Shown: positions 1 to 9,876 of the stretch, in pieces
How the letters are laid out: every line of letters starts with the position of its first letter
Numbering within the stretch: position 1 is the stretch's first letter
Source of the DNA: an uncultured Planctomycetota bacterium
Lineage (GTDB): Bacteria; Planctomycetota; Planctomycetia; Pirellulales; Lacipirellulaceae
Length of the DNA stretch: 64,000 bases
Assembly: GCA_963719315.1 (NCBI GenBank)
Contig: CAVRBU010000002.1
Span: 320,001-384,000 of the forward strand
Reading direction: 5' to 3'
Notes under the pieces: generated by a model
Databases searched by the model: none
Seen by the model: the letters and a program-made list of their open reading frames with translations, nothing else
Told to the model about the DNA's origin: nothing
Translations under genes and position numbers: made by a program

Positions 1-381
1 CATTTTTTGACGTCCGCGTTCTTGGCCGCATCGACAACCGTTGAAGCCACCCAAGCGGCCGGATTGGCCAAAGAGTTCGCGGATGCCGAGGGCCCGAGCG
101 GGTTTAGCTTCGCGGATATTGCCGCCGACCGGGCCGGGGCACGCTTCGCACGGGCTGTGCTCGAAAAACGCGTACCTCTGGGGATGTTGGCGCTCGCGTT
201 CAAACTGCCGTCGTTTATGCCCGAGGTCACAGGGTTGCCCGAAAAACTTTCCCCCAAGGAAATGGCCGCGCAATTCGGCAACAAGGACGACCCGCGGTTC
301 GGCAAGCTGCTCAAAGAGATCGATGAGCGGATCTCACAGTTGCCGGGATATCGGCCGACGGGACCGACGCTGGCTCTCTAG
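1..381 (+). CDS. Hypothetical protein, C-terminal part (5' truncated by window edge)
   Basis: Open frame from the window start to TAG at 381; protein-like sequence with GFSFADIAADRAG; function not recognised. Confidence 0.7.
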   Translation, partial: HFLTSAFLAASTTVEATQAAGLAKEFADAEGPSGFSFADIAADRAGARFARAVLEKRVPLGMLALAFKLPSFMPEVTGLPEKLSPKEMAAQFGNKDDPRFGKLLKEIDERISQLPGYRPTGPTLAL

Positions 382-425
382 TCGCCGCAGCAACGGGTGG
401 TCTCCTAATTTGCGACACGACAAGC

Positions 426-455
426 TTGTAGCACGGACTGAAGTCCGTGCTACAA
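426..455. repeat. GTAG-type REP-like perfect hairpin
   Basis: TTGTAGCACGGACT-GA-AGTCCGTGCTACAA, 14-bp perfect arms, intergenic. Confidence 0.75.
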
Positions 456-582
456 AGTTCCGGTCCAAACGGCGCCAAATTAGGACACCACGCAGCTTCG
501 CGCGACCTCGACCATGCCGGTCTCACTCGTTAAAATGCGCCATTTCCGCTGTCGCATTTATTTTCGTCACCATTGCAATTGC

Positions 583-1452
583 ATGTTCACCATCACTCCG
601 CAGCACGATTTTCTGGTCGGCATCGACTCGGACGGCTGCGTCTTCGATTCGATGGAACTGAAGCATAAGGAGTGCTTCGTACCGAACTTCATCAATCACT
701 ACGGTCTGCAGGGCGTGAGCAAATATGCCCGTGAAGCCGCCGAGTTCGTCAATTTGTACTCCAAGAGTCGCGGCGCGAACCGCTTTCCGGCCCTGGCCGA
801 GCAGCTCGATTGGTTGCGACGTCGGCCGGAAGTAAAGGCTCGCGGTGTGAAGGTCGCCCATCCGAAGGGGTTGATCGAATGGATGGCCCGCGAGTCGAGA
901 CTCGGCAATCCCGCGCTCGAGAAAGCGGTTGCCGAAACGCATGATCCGGACTTAGCGCTGGCGTTGGCGTGGTCGCATGCCGTCAACAATTCGATCGCCG
1001 AAATGGTTCGCTGCGTGCCGCCATTCCCTTATGTACAGCCTTGCCTGGAACTATTTGCCGGTCGGGCCGACATGTTGGTCTGCTCACAGACGCCCAATGC
1101 CGCGCTTGAAGCTGAGTGGAAAGAGCACGACATCGCTCGCTTCGTCGTCGCGATTTGCGGACAAGAGTTCGGCAGCAAGAAGGAATCCTTGGCCAACGCC
1201 AAGCAATATCCACCCAACCACGCGCTCATGCTCGGCGACGCCCCCGGCGACTACAAGGCGGCCGTGGCCAACGACTGCCTGTTCTTCCCGATCAACCCCG
1301 GCGTGGAAGAGGCCAGTTGGAGGCGACTGCACGACGAAGGCATCCCACGCTTTTTCGAAGGCAGCTTCGCCGGCGCCTATCAGCAGGAACTGCTCGACGA
1401 GTTTGACACGTTCCTGCCGGAGCGGCCGCCATGGAAGGTGGAAGACTCGTAG
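583..1452 (+). CDS. HAD-superfamily hydrolase
   Basis: Motif I GIDSDGCVFD and motif IV MLGDAPGD; start moved to ATG 583. Confidence 0.85.
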   Translation: MFTITPQHDFLVGIDSDGCVFDSMELKHKECFVPNFINHYGLQGVSKYAREAAEFVNLYSKSRGANRFPALAEQLDWLRRRPEVKARGVKVAHPKGLIEWMARESRLGNPALEKAVAETHDPDLALALAWSHAVNNSIAEMVRCVPPFPYVQPCLELFAGRADMLVCSQTPNAALEAEWKEHDIARFVVAICGQEFGSKKESLANAKQYPPNHALMLGDAPGDYKAAVANDCLFFPINPGVEEASWRRLHDEGIPRFFEGSFAGAYQQELLDEFDTFLPERPPWKVEDS

Positions 1453-1502
1453 ACACATCACAAACTGCCGATGTTGTGTCTCGCAGAATCGACACACCCT
1501 AC
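1449..1502. repeat. GTAG/CTAC-type REP-like element
   Basis: Ends TCGCAGAATCGACACACCCTAC, nearly identical to the copy ending at 61840; GTAG overlaps the HAD stop codon. Confidence 0.6.
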
Positions 1503-1534
1503 GAATATCAATCCTCAAATCGAACGAAACACTC

Positions 1535-2971
1535 ATGCCTCAACAATGTGACATCGGCCTCGTCGGCCTTGCCGTGATGGGCGAAAACTTGGCTCTGAAC
1601 ATCGAAAGCCGCGGCTATCGCATTGCCGTGTTTAATCGCACTACGAGCAAGGTAGACGAGCTAATGGCCGGCCGTGCCAAGGGCAAGAAGTTCGTCGGCT
1701 GCCACTCGCTGGAGGACATGGTTGCCAACCTCGCCAAGCCGCGCAAAGTGCTGATGATGGTCAAAGCTGGACCGGCGGTGGACGACCTTATCGATTCTTT
1801 GATCCCCACGTTAGACAAAGGCGACATCCTCATCGACGGCGGCAACACGTATTACGCCGACACGGAACGCCGCACGAAAAGCGTGGAGCAAAAGGGGCTG
1901 CTGTACATTGGTACTGGAGTGTCCGGTGGAGAGGAAGGCGCCCTCAAAGGCCCTAGCATGATGCCCGGCGGCAGCCGCGACGCCTGGCCCGCCGTGAAGC
2001 CGATCTTTCAAGCCATCTCGGCCAAGGTCGGCCCGAAGAACGACATACCATGCTGTGAGTGGGTGGGCCCTCGCGGCGCCGGCCACTACGTGAAAATGGT
2101 CCACAATGGCATCGAGTACGGCGACATGCAGCTCATCTGCGAGGCGTACTTCATGATGCAGGAGGCGTTGGGGCTGTCCAAGGAAGAGCTCTACGAAGTG
2201 TTCGCCGATTGGAATCGCGGCGAGCTCGATAGCTACCTCATCGAAATCACGCGCGACATTTTCAGCGTGAAGGACAAAGAGGCCGGCGGATGGCTGGTGG
2301 ATAAGATCATGGACAAGGCCGGCGCCAAAGGCACCGGTAAATGGATGAGCCAACTCGCGCTCGACCACGGCGTGCCCAGCACACTCGTTACGGAAGCCGT
2401 CTATGCACGTTGCCTCTCGGCCATGAAGGATGGCCGCGTGCGGGCGAGCAAGGTGCTAAAAGGGCCATCGGCCAAGTACCAAGGCGATCGCAAGGGGTTT
2501 ATCGAAAAGATTCGCCACGCCCTCTACGCGTCCAAGATTTGCAGTTACGCGCAAGGCTTCGTGCAATTGCAGGCCGCGGCGACCGAGTACGAATGGCCGC
2601 TGAATTACGGCGATTGCGCACTCTTATGGCGTGGGGGTTGCATCATTCGGGCGAAGTTTCTGGATCGCATCAAAGAGGCTTTCGATGCCGACCCAAAGCT
2701 CGAGAATTTGCTGCTCGCCCCCTACTTTGCCAAAGCCGTGGCCGAAGCCCAAGAATCCTGGCGGCACGTCGTGGCTAGCGCCGCCGAGCTTGGCGTCCCT
2801 GTGCCGGCGTTCGCCTCAGCACTCGCCTATTACGATGGCTACCGCCGCGACCGATTGCCGGCTAACCTACTCCAAGCCCAGCGAGATTATTTCGGCGCCC
2901 ACACGTATGAACGCGTTGATAAGACTGGGACATTCCACACCGACTGGATTCGCGAACGAGAATTGAAGTAG
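1535..2971 (+). CDS. gnd: 6-phosphogluconate dehydrogenase, NADP-dependent, decarboxylating
   Basis: GLAVMGENLALN, GVSGGEEGA, VKMVHNGIEYGDMQ, QAQRDYFGAHTYER; start ATG 1535. Confidence 0.97.
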   Translation: MPQQCDIGLVGLAVMGENLALNIESRGYRIAVFNRTTSKVDELMAGRAKGKKFVGCHSLEDMVANLAKPRKVLMMVKAGPAVDDLIDSLIPTLDKGDILIDGGNTYYADTERRTKSVEQKGLLYIGTGVSGGEEGALKGPSMMPGGSRDAWPAVKPIFQAISAKVGPKNDIPCCEWVGPRGAGHYVKMVHNGIEYGDMQLICEAYFMMQEALGLSKEELYEVFADWNRGELDSYLIEITRDIFSVKDKEAGGWLVDKIMDKAGAKGTGKWMSQLALDHGVPSTLVTEAVYARCLSAMKDGRVRASKVLKGPSAKYQGDRKGFIEKIRHALYASKICSYAQGFVQLQAAATEYEWPLNYGDCALLWRGGCIIRAKFLDRIKEAFDADPKLENLLLAPYFAKAVAEAQESWRHVVASAAELGVPVPAFASALAYYDGYRRDRLPANLLQAQRDYFGAHTYERVDKTGTFHTDWIRERELK

Positions 2972-3026
2972 AGGGGCGCCGTCCCCATTTCGCTCGGTTT
3001 ACAGTGGTGGGCGGCGCCCACCCTAC
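2968..3026. repeat. Inverted GTAG-REP pair
   Basis: GTAGAGGGGCGCCGTCCC ... GGGCGGCGCCCACCCTAC; GTAG contains the gnd stop. Confidence 0.65.
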
Positions 3027-3031
3027 AAATC

Positions 3032-3811
3032 ATGTCTGACCACTTGCAAAAAATGTTTGGTTTGGATGGCCACACAGTCGTGGTCATCGGCGGCACCGGC
3101 GCGTTGGGTGGCGAGCTTTGTAGCGGATTGGCACAAGCCGGCGCCACGGTCGTCGTCGCTGGCCGTAGTACCGAGCGCGGCCAAGAGCGCGTGGCGAAAA
3201 TCGAAAGTCTGGGCGGCAAGGCCACGTTTGCAAAGGTTGACGCCGCCAGCCGGGAGTCGATGAAAGCATTGCTCGAGACCGTCAGCGGCCAACACGGACG
3301 AATCGCCGCGCTTGTCAATTGCGCAGGCGTCAACTCACCGACGCCCTACTTCGAGATCACCGACGAAGAGTTCGACAAGGTGCTCAAAACGAATTTGTTC
3401 GCCACGCACCTCGGCTGCCAAATCTTTGGTAAGCACATGGTTGAGGCGGGTAGTGGAGCGATCCTGAACATCGGCAGTGTCACGAGCTATCGTCCGCTTT
3501 CGCGTGTGTTCGCATACTCCGCGTCGAAAGCCGCCGTGCTGAATTTGACGCAAAACGTCGCCCGCGAATTTGCTCCGTATGGCGTACGCGTCAACTGCCT
3601 CTGCCCCGGCTTTTTCCCCGCCGAACAGAACCGTAAGATCCTCGATAAGTCGCGGGTCGATTCGATCCTTCGTCACACACCGATGGGCCGCCTCGGCGAC
3701 GCACCTGAATTGATCGGTGCGGCGCTGTTGCTGCTTTCGCCCGTCGCTGGCAGTTTCATCACGGGAGAAGCGATTTACGTTGACGGCGGATTCACGGCCA
3801 TGACTATCTAG
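3032..3811 (+). CDS. SDR oxidoreductase (gluconate 5-dehydrogenase / mannonate oxidoreductase-like)
   Basis: GGTGALG Rossmann motif, NCAG, YSASK catalytic motif, PGFFPAEQN. Confidence 0.88.
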   Translation: MSDHLQKMFGLDGHTVVVIGGTGALGGELCSGLAQAGATVVVAGRSTERGQERVAKIESLGGKATFAKVDAASRESMKALLETVSGQHGRIAALVNCAGVNSPTPYFEITDEEFDKVLKTNLFATHLGCQIFGKHMVEAGSGAILNIGSVTSYRPLSRVFAYSASKAAVLNLTQNVAREFAPYGVRVNCLCPGFFPAEQNRKILDKSRVDSILRHTPMGRLGDAPELIGAALLLLSPVAGSFITGEAIYVDGGFTAMTI

Positions 3812-3814
3812 CGA

Positions 3815-3965
3815 AAGGCGGAAGGGGGAGTGTAGAAGGGGAAATGCCGATGAACACAATGCTCAAAATGTCCGCGCAACAAACGCCGTATTCCGTGAAT
3901 TGGCTTAGCGAGTAGGATTTATCCTTCCCTTCCCCTTCCACACTCCGCATTCCGCCTTCCGCCTT
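3815..3965. repeat. Heptamer-periodic inverted-arm element (AAGGCGG type)
   Basis: Left AAGGCGG AAGGGGG AGTGTAG AAGGGGA (3815-3842); right TCCCCTT CCACACT CCGCATT CCGCCTT CCGCCTT (3931-3965); 25/28 complementary. Confidence 0.75.
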
Positions 3966-3970
3966 CAATC

Positions 3971-5425
3971 ATGCCTCATACGTTTGTCATCCTCGGCGCG
4001 TCCGGCGACTTAACGCACCGCAAGCTCGTGCCGGCGCTGTATCATTTGTTTCGCAAAGGTCGGCTACCGAAGGAAACTCGGATTGTCGGCTTCTCGCGTA
4101 CCGAATTCACGCACGATGCCTGGCGTAGCGATCTGGCGAAGGCGGTAGCCCGTTTTGTGGGAAGCGATTTCGATCCCGGTTTGTGGGACAAGTTTTCACA
4201 AAACATCTACTACCACCCGGGCGACATCGGCCGTGTCGAGGATTTCACAACCCTTGCCAAACTCCTACGGGAAATCGAACAGGCCGCGAATAGCACGCGA
4301 GTTTACTATCTTGCAACGGCGCCTCAATTTTATGAACAGGCGGTTGAGCAGCTTGGTCGCGCGGGCCTCGCGGATGAGAACGGCGGCCAGCGCCGCGTGA
4401 TTATCGAAAAGCCGTTCGGCACCGACCTCGCTTCGGCGAAGCATCTCAACGCGGCAGTCCACGCGGTGTTCAATGAGCGGCAGGTGTACCGCATCGACCA
4501 TTATCTGGGCAAAGAAACGGTCCAAAACTTGCTCGTGTTGCGATTCGCCAACACGATCTTCGAGCCCATTTGGAACCGTAACTATATCGATCACGTCCAG
4601 ATCACCGTCGCGGAAGAAGTCGACGTCGGGCGGCGGGCCGGATACTACGATTCCGCTGGAGTCGTTCGCGACATGTTCCAAAACCACTTGTTGCAGCTTG
4701 TGATGATCACGGCGATGGAAGCGCCGGTGCGATATGAGGCCGATGCCGTTCGCAATGAAAAGGTAAAGGTGCTACAAGCCATTCGACCTCTGCGGAGCGC
4801 CGATGTGCATCGCGACACGCTCCGAGGCCAATATCGCGGCTACGCGGCGTCCGAGGGCGTGAAACCCGGTAGCCATACCGCGACATTTGCCGCGATCAAA
4901 CTGTGGATCGATAATTGGCGTTGGCAAGGCGTACCGTTTTACTTGCGCAGCGGCAAGGCAATGTCCTGCCGCACGACGCAAATCGTGGTCCAGTTCCACG
5001 AGCCGCCCCACATGCTGTTTCCAGACGGCCCGAAGAGCGCCGCCGAATCCAACCGTCTCGTAGTCCAAGTGCAGCCGGCCGAGGGGATGCAGCTTCAATT
5101 CGAAACCAAAGTTCCAGATGCCGGCATGCGGCTCCGGCAGACGGCGCTCGACTTCCGCTACCAGCGTGAATTCCGCGGCATGATACCCGAGGCGTATGAG
5201 CGCCTCCTGCTCGACGCCCTCGAAGGCGACGCCAGTCTGTTTGCCCGCGCCGATGAAGTGGAGGCCGCCTGGTCGATTTGTGATCCCATTCTGGAAGAAT
5301 GGCAAGTTAGCGACGAGCCGACGCTCCACATCTATGAGCCGGCCCTGTGGGGCCCCGAAGAATCCACCGAGTGGATGGCCGAACAAGGCCGCCAATGGTT
5401 TGATATTTGCCCGGTATTGCATTGA
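3971..5425 (+). CDS. zwf: Glucose-6-phosphate 1-dehydrogenase
   Basis: GASGDL, EKPFG, RIDHYLGKE, RWQGVPFYLRSGK, AYERLL. Confidence 0.97.
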   Translation: MPHTFVILGASGDLTHRKLVPALYHLFRKGRLPKETRIVGFSRTEFTHDAWRSDLAKAVARFVGSDFDPGLWDKFSQNIYYHPGDIGRVEDFTTLAKLLREIEQAANSTRVYYLATAPQFYEQAVEQLGRAGLADENGGQRRVIIEKPFGTDLASAKHLNAAVHAVFNERQVYRIDHYLGKETVQNLLVLRFANTIFEPIWNRNYIDHVQITVAEEVDVGRRAGYYDSAGVVRDMFQNHLLQLVMITAMEAPVRYEADAVRNEKVKVLQAIRPLRSADVHRDTLRGQYRGYAASEGVKPGSHTATFAAIKLWIDNWRWQGVPFYLRSGKAMSCRTTQIVVQFHEPPHMLFPDGPKSAAESNRLVVQVQPAEGMQLQFETKVPDAGMRLRQTALDFRYQREFRGMIPEAYERLLLDALEGDASLFARADEVEAAWSICDPILEEWQVSDEPTLHIYEPALWGPEESTEWMAEQGRQWFDICPVLH

Positions 5426-5466
5426 GTCGAGAGTCGAGAGCCGGTATATTCGCGCGGCGCTAAAAA

Positions 5467-6180
5467 ATGAACCCGCCAGACAGACAAGTAAATCGCTCAC
5501 GCGGTTTTTCTGTCCTTGAAAAGTTTTGGTTGGCTCGTTGGGCCCTCTACGATCTTGCGATATTCGGCATTCCACTCGTCGCAGCCATCGTGGTATTGCT
5601 CATCGCCGGTCAGCCCTGGTGCTGGTTAGCCATCGTGCCGCTGGTATTTCTCATTTGGCTCATAAGCTTCTTTCGCAATCCGCCGCGGAACATTCCGAAC
5701 GACCCACAAGCGATTGTCTCACCGGCCGACGGTAAAGTCGTGGACATCACCCCGCTGCCCCATTATGAATTCATGGGTGGCCCGGCGGTTCGCATCGGCA
5801 TCTTTCTGTCAATTTTCAATGTCCACATCAACCGTGCTCCAACCGCCGGTCGTGTTCTTGAAATGAACTACCATCCAGGCGAATTTCTCGACGCGCACCA
5901 TCCCGAATGTGCCGAGCGTAACGAATTCATGTGGATCGGCCTGGAACGAGTAGATGCACCGGTGATTCGCTTTGCCGTGCGGCAAATTTCGGGCAAGTTA
6001 GCCCGCCGAATCGTCTGTACGCTACAGTTGGGACAGGCGGTCACACGTGGTGAAAAGTTTGGTATGATCAAACTAGGGTCGCGGACCGAATTGATCCTGC
6101 CGGTCGGCGCGGCCGATATTGCCGTAAACGTGGGAGACAAAGTCCACGCCGGCGCCGACATCGTGGCCCGCTGGAAGTAA
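5467..6180 (+). CDS. psd: Phosphatidylserine decarboxylase proenzyme
   Basis: FFRNPPR, SPADG, FLSIFNVHINRAP, LGSR self-cleavage motif; adjacent to pssA. Confidence 0.92.
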   Translation: MNPPDRQVNRSRGFSVLEKFWLARWALYDLAIFGIPLVAAIVVLLIAGQPWCWLAIVPLVFLIWLISFFRNPPRNIPNDPQAIVSPADGKVVDITPLPHYEFMGGPAVRIGIFLSIFNVHINRAPTAGRVLEMNYHPGEFLDAHHPECAERNEFMWIGLERVDAPVIRFAVRQISGKLARRIVCTLQLGQAVTRGEKFGMIKLGSRTELILPVGAADIAVNVGDKVHAGADIVARWK

Positions 6181-6193
6181 GTCGAGTCAAGTC

Positions 6194-7090
6194 ATGAAAC
6201 CAATCCGCGCGGTCGCCGTTTTGCCGACGCTGTTCACGCTGGGCAACCTTGTGTGCGGCTTCTTTGCGATCGTTGTTCTGGCCCGCATCGAGAAGCCCGT
6301 GACCGCGAAATTCGAGCCGGCTGCCAAAATAGAGCTTAAGCTGCATTCGGCACAAGATATCAAGGAATCGGCGCGAGAACTCATCGATAGCGACGACCCC
6401 ACGCACAACCTGATGCTGTGTGGGGCGCTGATTCTGCTCGCCATGTTGTTCGATGCCATTGACGGCCAAGTGGCCCGCATTACTCGTGGCGTAAGTGATT
6501 TTGGCGCGCAGCTCGATAGCTTGTGCGACCTGGTTTCCTTCGGCCTGGCGCCGGCGATTCTGCTCGTGAAAATGTGTCCGCAGTTCACCAATTTGCACAA
6601 CGAAGGAATATGGTGCATCGCAGCCGTGTTCGCTTGTTGTGCCGCACTTCGGCTGGCACGGTTCAATGTTGAAACCGACTCGGACGACGAACACACGATG
6701 TTCGCGGGTCTGCCAACGCCAGCGGCAGCCGCCACGATCGCTAGCTTCGCCATGCTTTCGTACTTTCTCCGCAATGAAGTAGCCGTGGTGACTCACGAGA
6801 ACTTCGAAACCTACGATTGGTGGATGCAGCGGATCGTGCCGTTTTTTGCGATCGCCATCGCTGTACTAATGGTATCGCGGATTCCCTACCCACATCCACT
6901 TACGCAATTCGTGCGCGGTCAGCGGTCATTTGCTCAGCTCGTGGCCATTGTTTTTGCATTAGTGGCAATTCTCATCGTTCGGAATTATGCGATTCCGCTA
7001 CTATGCGTGCTGTTCGTGTTGACGCCGCCGGTTCGCTATGCCTGGGATCTGGTTTGGCATCGCCGGACTCGGCCTGAATCTTTGTTCTAA
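6194..7090 (+). CDS. pssA: CDP-diacylglycerol--serine O-phosphatidyltransferase
   Basis: CDP-alcohol phosphotransferase motif DAIDGQVAR...GAQLDSLCDLVSFG; LRLARFNV; FAGLPTP. Confidence 0.92.
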   Translation: MKPIRAVAVLPTLFTLGNLVCGFFAIVVLARIEKPVTAKFEPAAKIELKLHSAQDIKESARELIDSDDPTHNLMLCGALILLAMLFDAIDGQVARITRGVSDFGAQLDSLCDLVSFGLAPAILLVKMCPQFTNLHNEGIWCIAAVFACCAALRLARFNVETDSDDEHTMFAGLPTPAAAATIASFAMLSYFLRNEVAVVTHENFETYDWWMQRIVPFFAIAIAVLMVSRIPYPHPLTQFVRGQRSFAQLVAIVFALVAILIVRNYAIPLLCVLFVLTPPVRYAWDLVWHRRTRPESLF

Positions 7091-7149
7091 GTAGGTCGGG
7101 CATTAGCCCCCATGTTCCCGAGCGTATGTCAGGCTAAAGCCTCACGTAC
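7091..7149. repeat. Inverted GTAG-REP-like pair
   Basis: GTAGGTCGGGCATTAGCCC ... GTCAGGCTAAAGCCTCACGTAC immediately after the pssA stop. Confidence 0.55.
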
Positions 7150-7155
7150 AAGACT

Positions 7156-7758
7156 ATGTTTACCGGTCTCGTCCAAAGCCTGGCGGAAGTCGTTGAAGTC
7201 CATGCCGAGTTGCCCGGCGTTCGGCTCATCATTCGCGAACCGCACATTGCTGAACTATCTAAGACGGGAGACAGTATCGCGATCAATGGCTGTTGCCTGA
7301 CCGTGGTCGCCGTCGAAAACGACCACCTATCCTTTCAAGCCGGCGAAGAAACGCTTTCGCGGACAAATCTCGGCGAATTGGCCCGGGGTTCTTGGGTGAA
7401 CCTCGAACAATCGTTGAAAGCCGGCGACCCGATCGGGGGTCATTATGTGTCTGGCCACATTGACGCCGTCGGCACCGTCGACGCGCGGCAAGACGATGCC
7501 GACTGGTGCACGATGTGGTTCCGCGCACCGCCTGCCCAACTCGCACAGACGGCGAGCAAAGGATCCGTCGCGGTGGACGGCGTGAGCTTGACGCTTGTCA
7601 ATGTCGATAATGAACGCTTCAGCGTCGCCCTGATTCCACACACGCTCGCAGCCACCACACTCGGCCGCCGCAATGTGGGCGATCGTGTGAATATTGAGAC
7701 AGATGTGTTGGCCAAGTACGTCGAGCGACAACTTCGTACCTCCGGCTTTCAAGCCTGA
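7156..7758 (+). CDS. ribE: Riboflavin synthase (alpha chain)
   Basis: MFTGLV N-terminus, GDSIAINGCCLTV, GGHYVSGHID, VNIETD. Confidence 0.95.
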   Translation: MFTGLVQSLAEVVEVHAELPGVRLIIREPHIAELSKTGDSIAINGCCLTVVAVENDHLSFQAGEETLSRTNLGELARGSWVNLEQSLKAGDPIGGHYVSGHIDAVGTVDARQDDADWCTMWFRAPPAQLAQTASKGSVAVDGVSLTLVNVDNERFSVALIPHTLAATTLGRRNVGDRVNIETDVLAKYVERQLRTSGFQA

Positions 7759-7795
7759 CTTCCTAGTTTGTCAGCCTGGAAAAGCTGGCGTACAA

Positions 7796-8701
7796 ATGCC
7801 CCGCCAAACCAAAACATTCTTGCTCGAGCGCTTCCGTGAGATGGGCATCCGCCCCGCGACGCGGCATGGTCAGAATTTCCTTATCGACCTCAACCTGGTG
7901 CAACTCATCATTGATTCGGCGGACCTGACGAGCGACGACGTGGTCCTCGAAATCGGCACCGGTACCGGGTCGCTCACGACCATGATGGCGGAGCGGGTGG
8001 CCGCGGTCGTCACCGTGGAAATCGACTCGCATCTGTTCGAGCTGGCCAGCGAGCAGCTTATTGATATTTCCAATGTCACCATGCTGCGACTCGACGCGCT
8101 GCGCAACAAAAACAACATGGATGACCGCGTCATGGAGGCGGTGGGTGAGCATTTGGCCACGGCTCCGAGCCGACGCTTTAAGCTCGTCGCCAACCTGCCG
8201 TACAATATCGCTACGCCAATACTGTCGAATCTGCTACTGGCGCGGCACGTACCACACTCGATGACGGTCACGATCCAGAAAGAGTTGGCCGAACGTATCA
8301 CAGCGCAGCCCTCCACGAAAGACTATAGCGCTCTCAGCGTGTGGATTCAAAGCCAATGCTCGACGGAAGTCATCCGGCTTATGCCGCCCTCCGTATTTTG
8401 GCCGGAGCCCAAAGTGACCTCGGCCATTCTGCGGATTGTCGTTGATTCGGAACGCCGGGCTCGAATCAGCGATCTGCAATACTTCCATCAGATCACCAAG
8501 GCCCTCTTCCTGCATCGCCGAAAATACCTGCGGGCGAACGTAGTGGCCGCCATGAAGCAGCATCTCGATAAGGAGCAAGTCGACGCGCTGTTCAAAGACT
8601 TTGGTTTCGCCGCCGATACACGCACGGAGCAGCTCGACGTATCTACTCTCATCGCGCTTGCAGACCAAATTCGCACTGTTGCGCCGAATTGGAAGCTTTA
8701 G
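7796..8701 (+). CDS. rsmA: 16S rRNA A1518/A1519 dimethyltransferase
   Basis: GQNFLID, VLEIGTGTG, VANLPYNI, QKE, FWPEPKVTS; start ATG 7796. Confidence 0.95.
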   Translation: MPRQTKTFLLERFREMGIRPATRHGQNFLIDLNLVQLIIDSADLTSDDVVLEIGTGTGSLTTMMAERVAAVVTVEIDSHLFELASEQLIDISNVTMLRLDALRNKNNMDDRVMEAVGEHLATAPSRRFKLVANLPYNIATPILSNLLLARHVPHSMTVTIQKELAERITAQPSTKDYSALSVWIQSQCSTEVIRLMPPSVFWPEPKVTSAILRIVVDSERRARISDLQYFHQITKALFLHRRKYLRANVVAAMKQHLDKEQVDALFKDFGFAADTRTEQLDVSTLIALADQIRTVAPNWKL

Positions 8702-8852
8702 TGCTGGTATAACCCACGGCTTCACAGCATTAGTCGCGGTGGATACGCCCGCCCTACGCTGCTTCCATCCTGCTGACACCCTTGCGGAGCTGTGTTAGAA
8801 TGACGGCCGATGAGCGAATTGCAATTATGCTGCCCATCTGGGATTCTACGAC

Positions 8853-9080
8853 ATGTCTTTTATTGAAATGACCGGCAACACGCTGGAGCACATTGTCGCC
8901 GATGATGAGCTCCATCACGACGACCTGTCGGCCGCTGGCGTTAACGACCACACGATCGTACGCGTCAATCGGCAAGGCGATATCGAGGTCCGCCGGCCCA
9001 GCGGTTGGGACGTCATTGGCGGGCTCCTGGGGGAATTTGATGAGCGAATTCGCCGCGAAACCGGTCTGGATTGGGCCTAA
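8853..9080 (+). CDS. Small acidic hypothetical protein (75 aa)
   Basis: ATG ORF with protein-like composition filling the gap between rsmA and hisB. Confidence 0.7.
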   Translation: MSFIEMTGNTLEHIVADDELHHDDLSAAGVNDHTIVRVNRQGDIEVRRPSGWDVIGGLLGEFDERIRRETGLDWA

Positions 9081-9256
9081 GTGACCGCAAATCTTCGCTA
9101 TATTGCAGCCGGTTGTAGCGAAAGTTTCGACTAGGCAGAACACGCTGCCGGGCAACCGTGTCTTTGATCGTACTCGGCGGCAACCACGCTCGCGGCCTTA
9201 TTCACTCGGTGCTACGATGTCGATAGCCGCCCTGCACTTTCTTCATGTGAATTTCT

Positions 9257-9850
9257 ATGTCGCGAACTGCCTCTATCGACCGCAAAACTGCCGAAACGGA
9301 TATCCAGCTTGCCCTCGGCTTGGATGGCGCCGGACGAGCGGACGTAGATACTGGGGTTGGTTTCCTCGATCACATGCTGACGCTGCTTGCCAAACACGCG
9401 GCAATCGATCTGACGGTTCGTGGCACGGGCGATCTGCACGTTGATAAACACCACACGGTCGAGGACACCGGAATTTGCTTGGGACAAGCGCTCAAGCAGG
9501 CGCTCGGAGACAAAGCCGGTATCCGCCGTTACGGCCACTTCACGCTGCCGATGGACGAAACGCTCGCTACGGTAGCGGTGGATTTGGGTGGGCGATTCGC
9601 GCTCACTTTCCGCGCGGATTTCCCGTCGGCCAAGATCGGGGATTTCGACACCGAACTTGTAGAAGAATTCTGGCGTGGGTTCGCCGCCAATTCGATGTGC
9701 AACTTGCACATCCTGGTGCACTATGGCCGCAACAGCCATCACATCAGCGAAGCGATTTTCAAAGCGACCGCTCGCGCGCTGCGGATGGCGATCGAAACCG
9801 ATCCGCGAATGAGTGGAGTGCCCAGCACGAAGGGCACACTTGATGGCTAG
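9257..9850 (+). CDS. hisB: Imidazoleglycerol-phosphate dehydratase
   Basis: [44 protein letters not shown]. Confidence 0.97.
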   Translation: MSRTASIDRKTAETDIQLALGLDGAGRADVDTGVGFLDHMLTLLAKHAAIDLTVRGTGDLHVDKHHTVEDTGICLGQALKQALGDKAGIRRYGHFTLPMDETLATVAVDLGGRFALTFRADFPSAKIGDFDTELVEEFWRGFAANSMCNLHILVHYGRNSHHISEAIFKATARALRMAIETDPRMSGVPSTKGTLDG

Positions 9851-9876
9851 TGGTTTGCGGCGCTGCGCGGCGAAAC

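Noticed and set aside
977..1534. Long N-terminal extension of gnd
   Set aside because: It overlaps the HAD gene; family similarity begins at ATG 1535.
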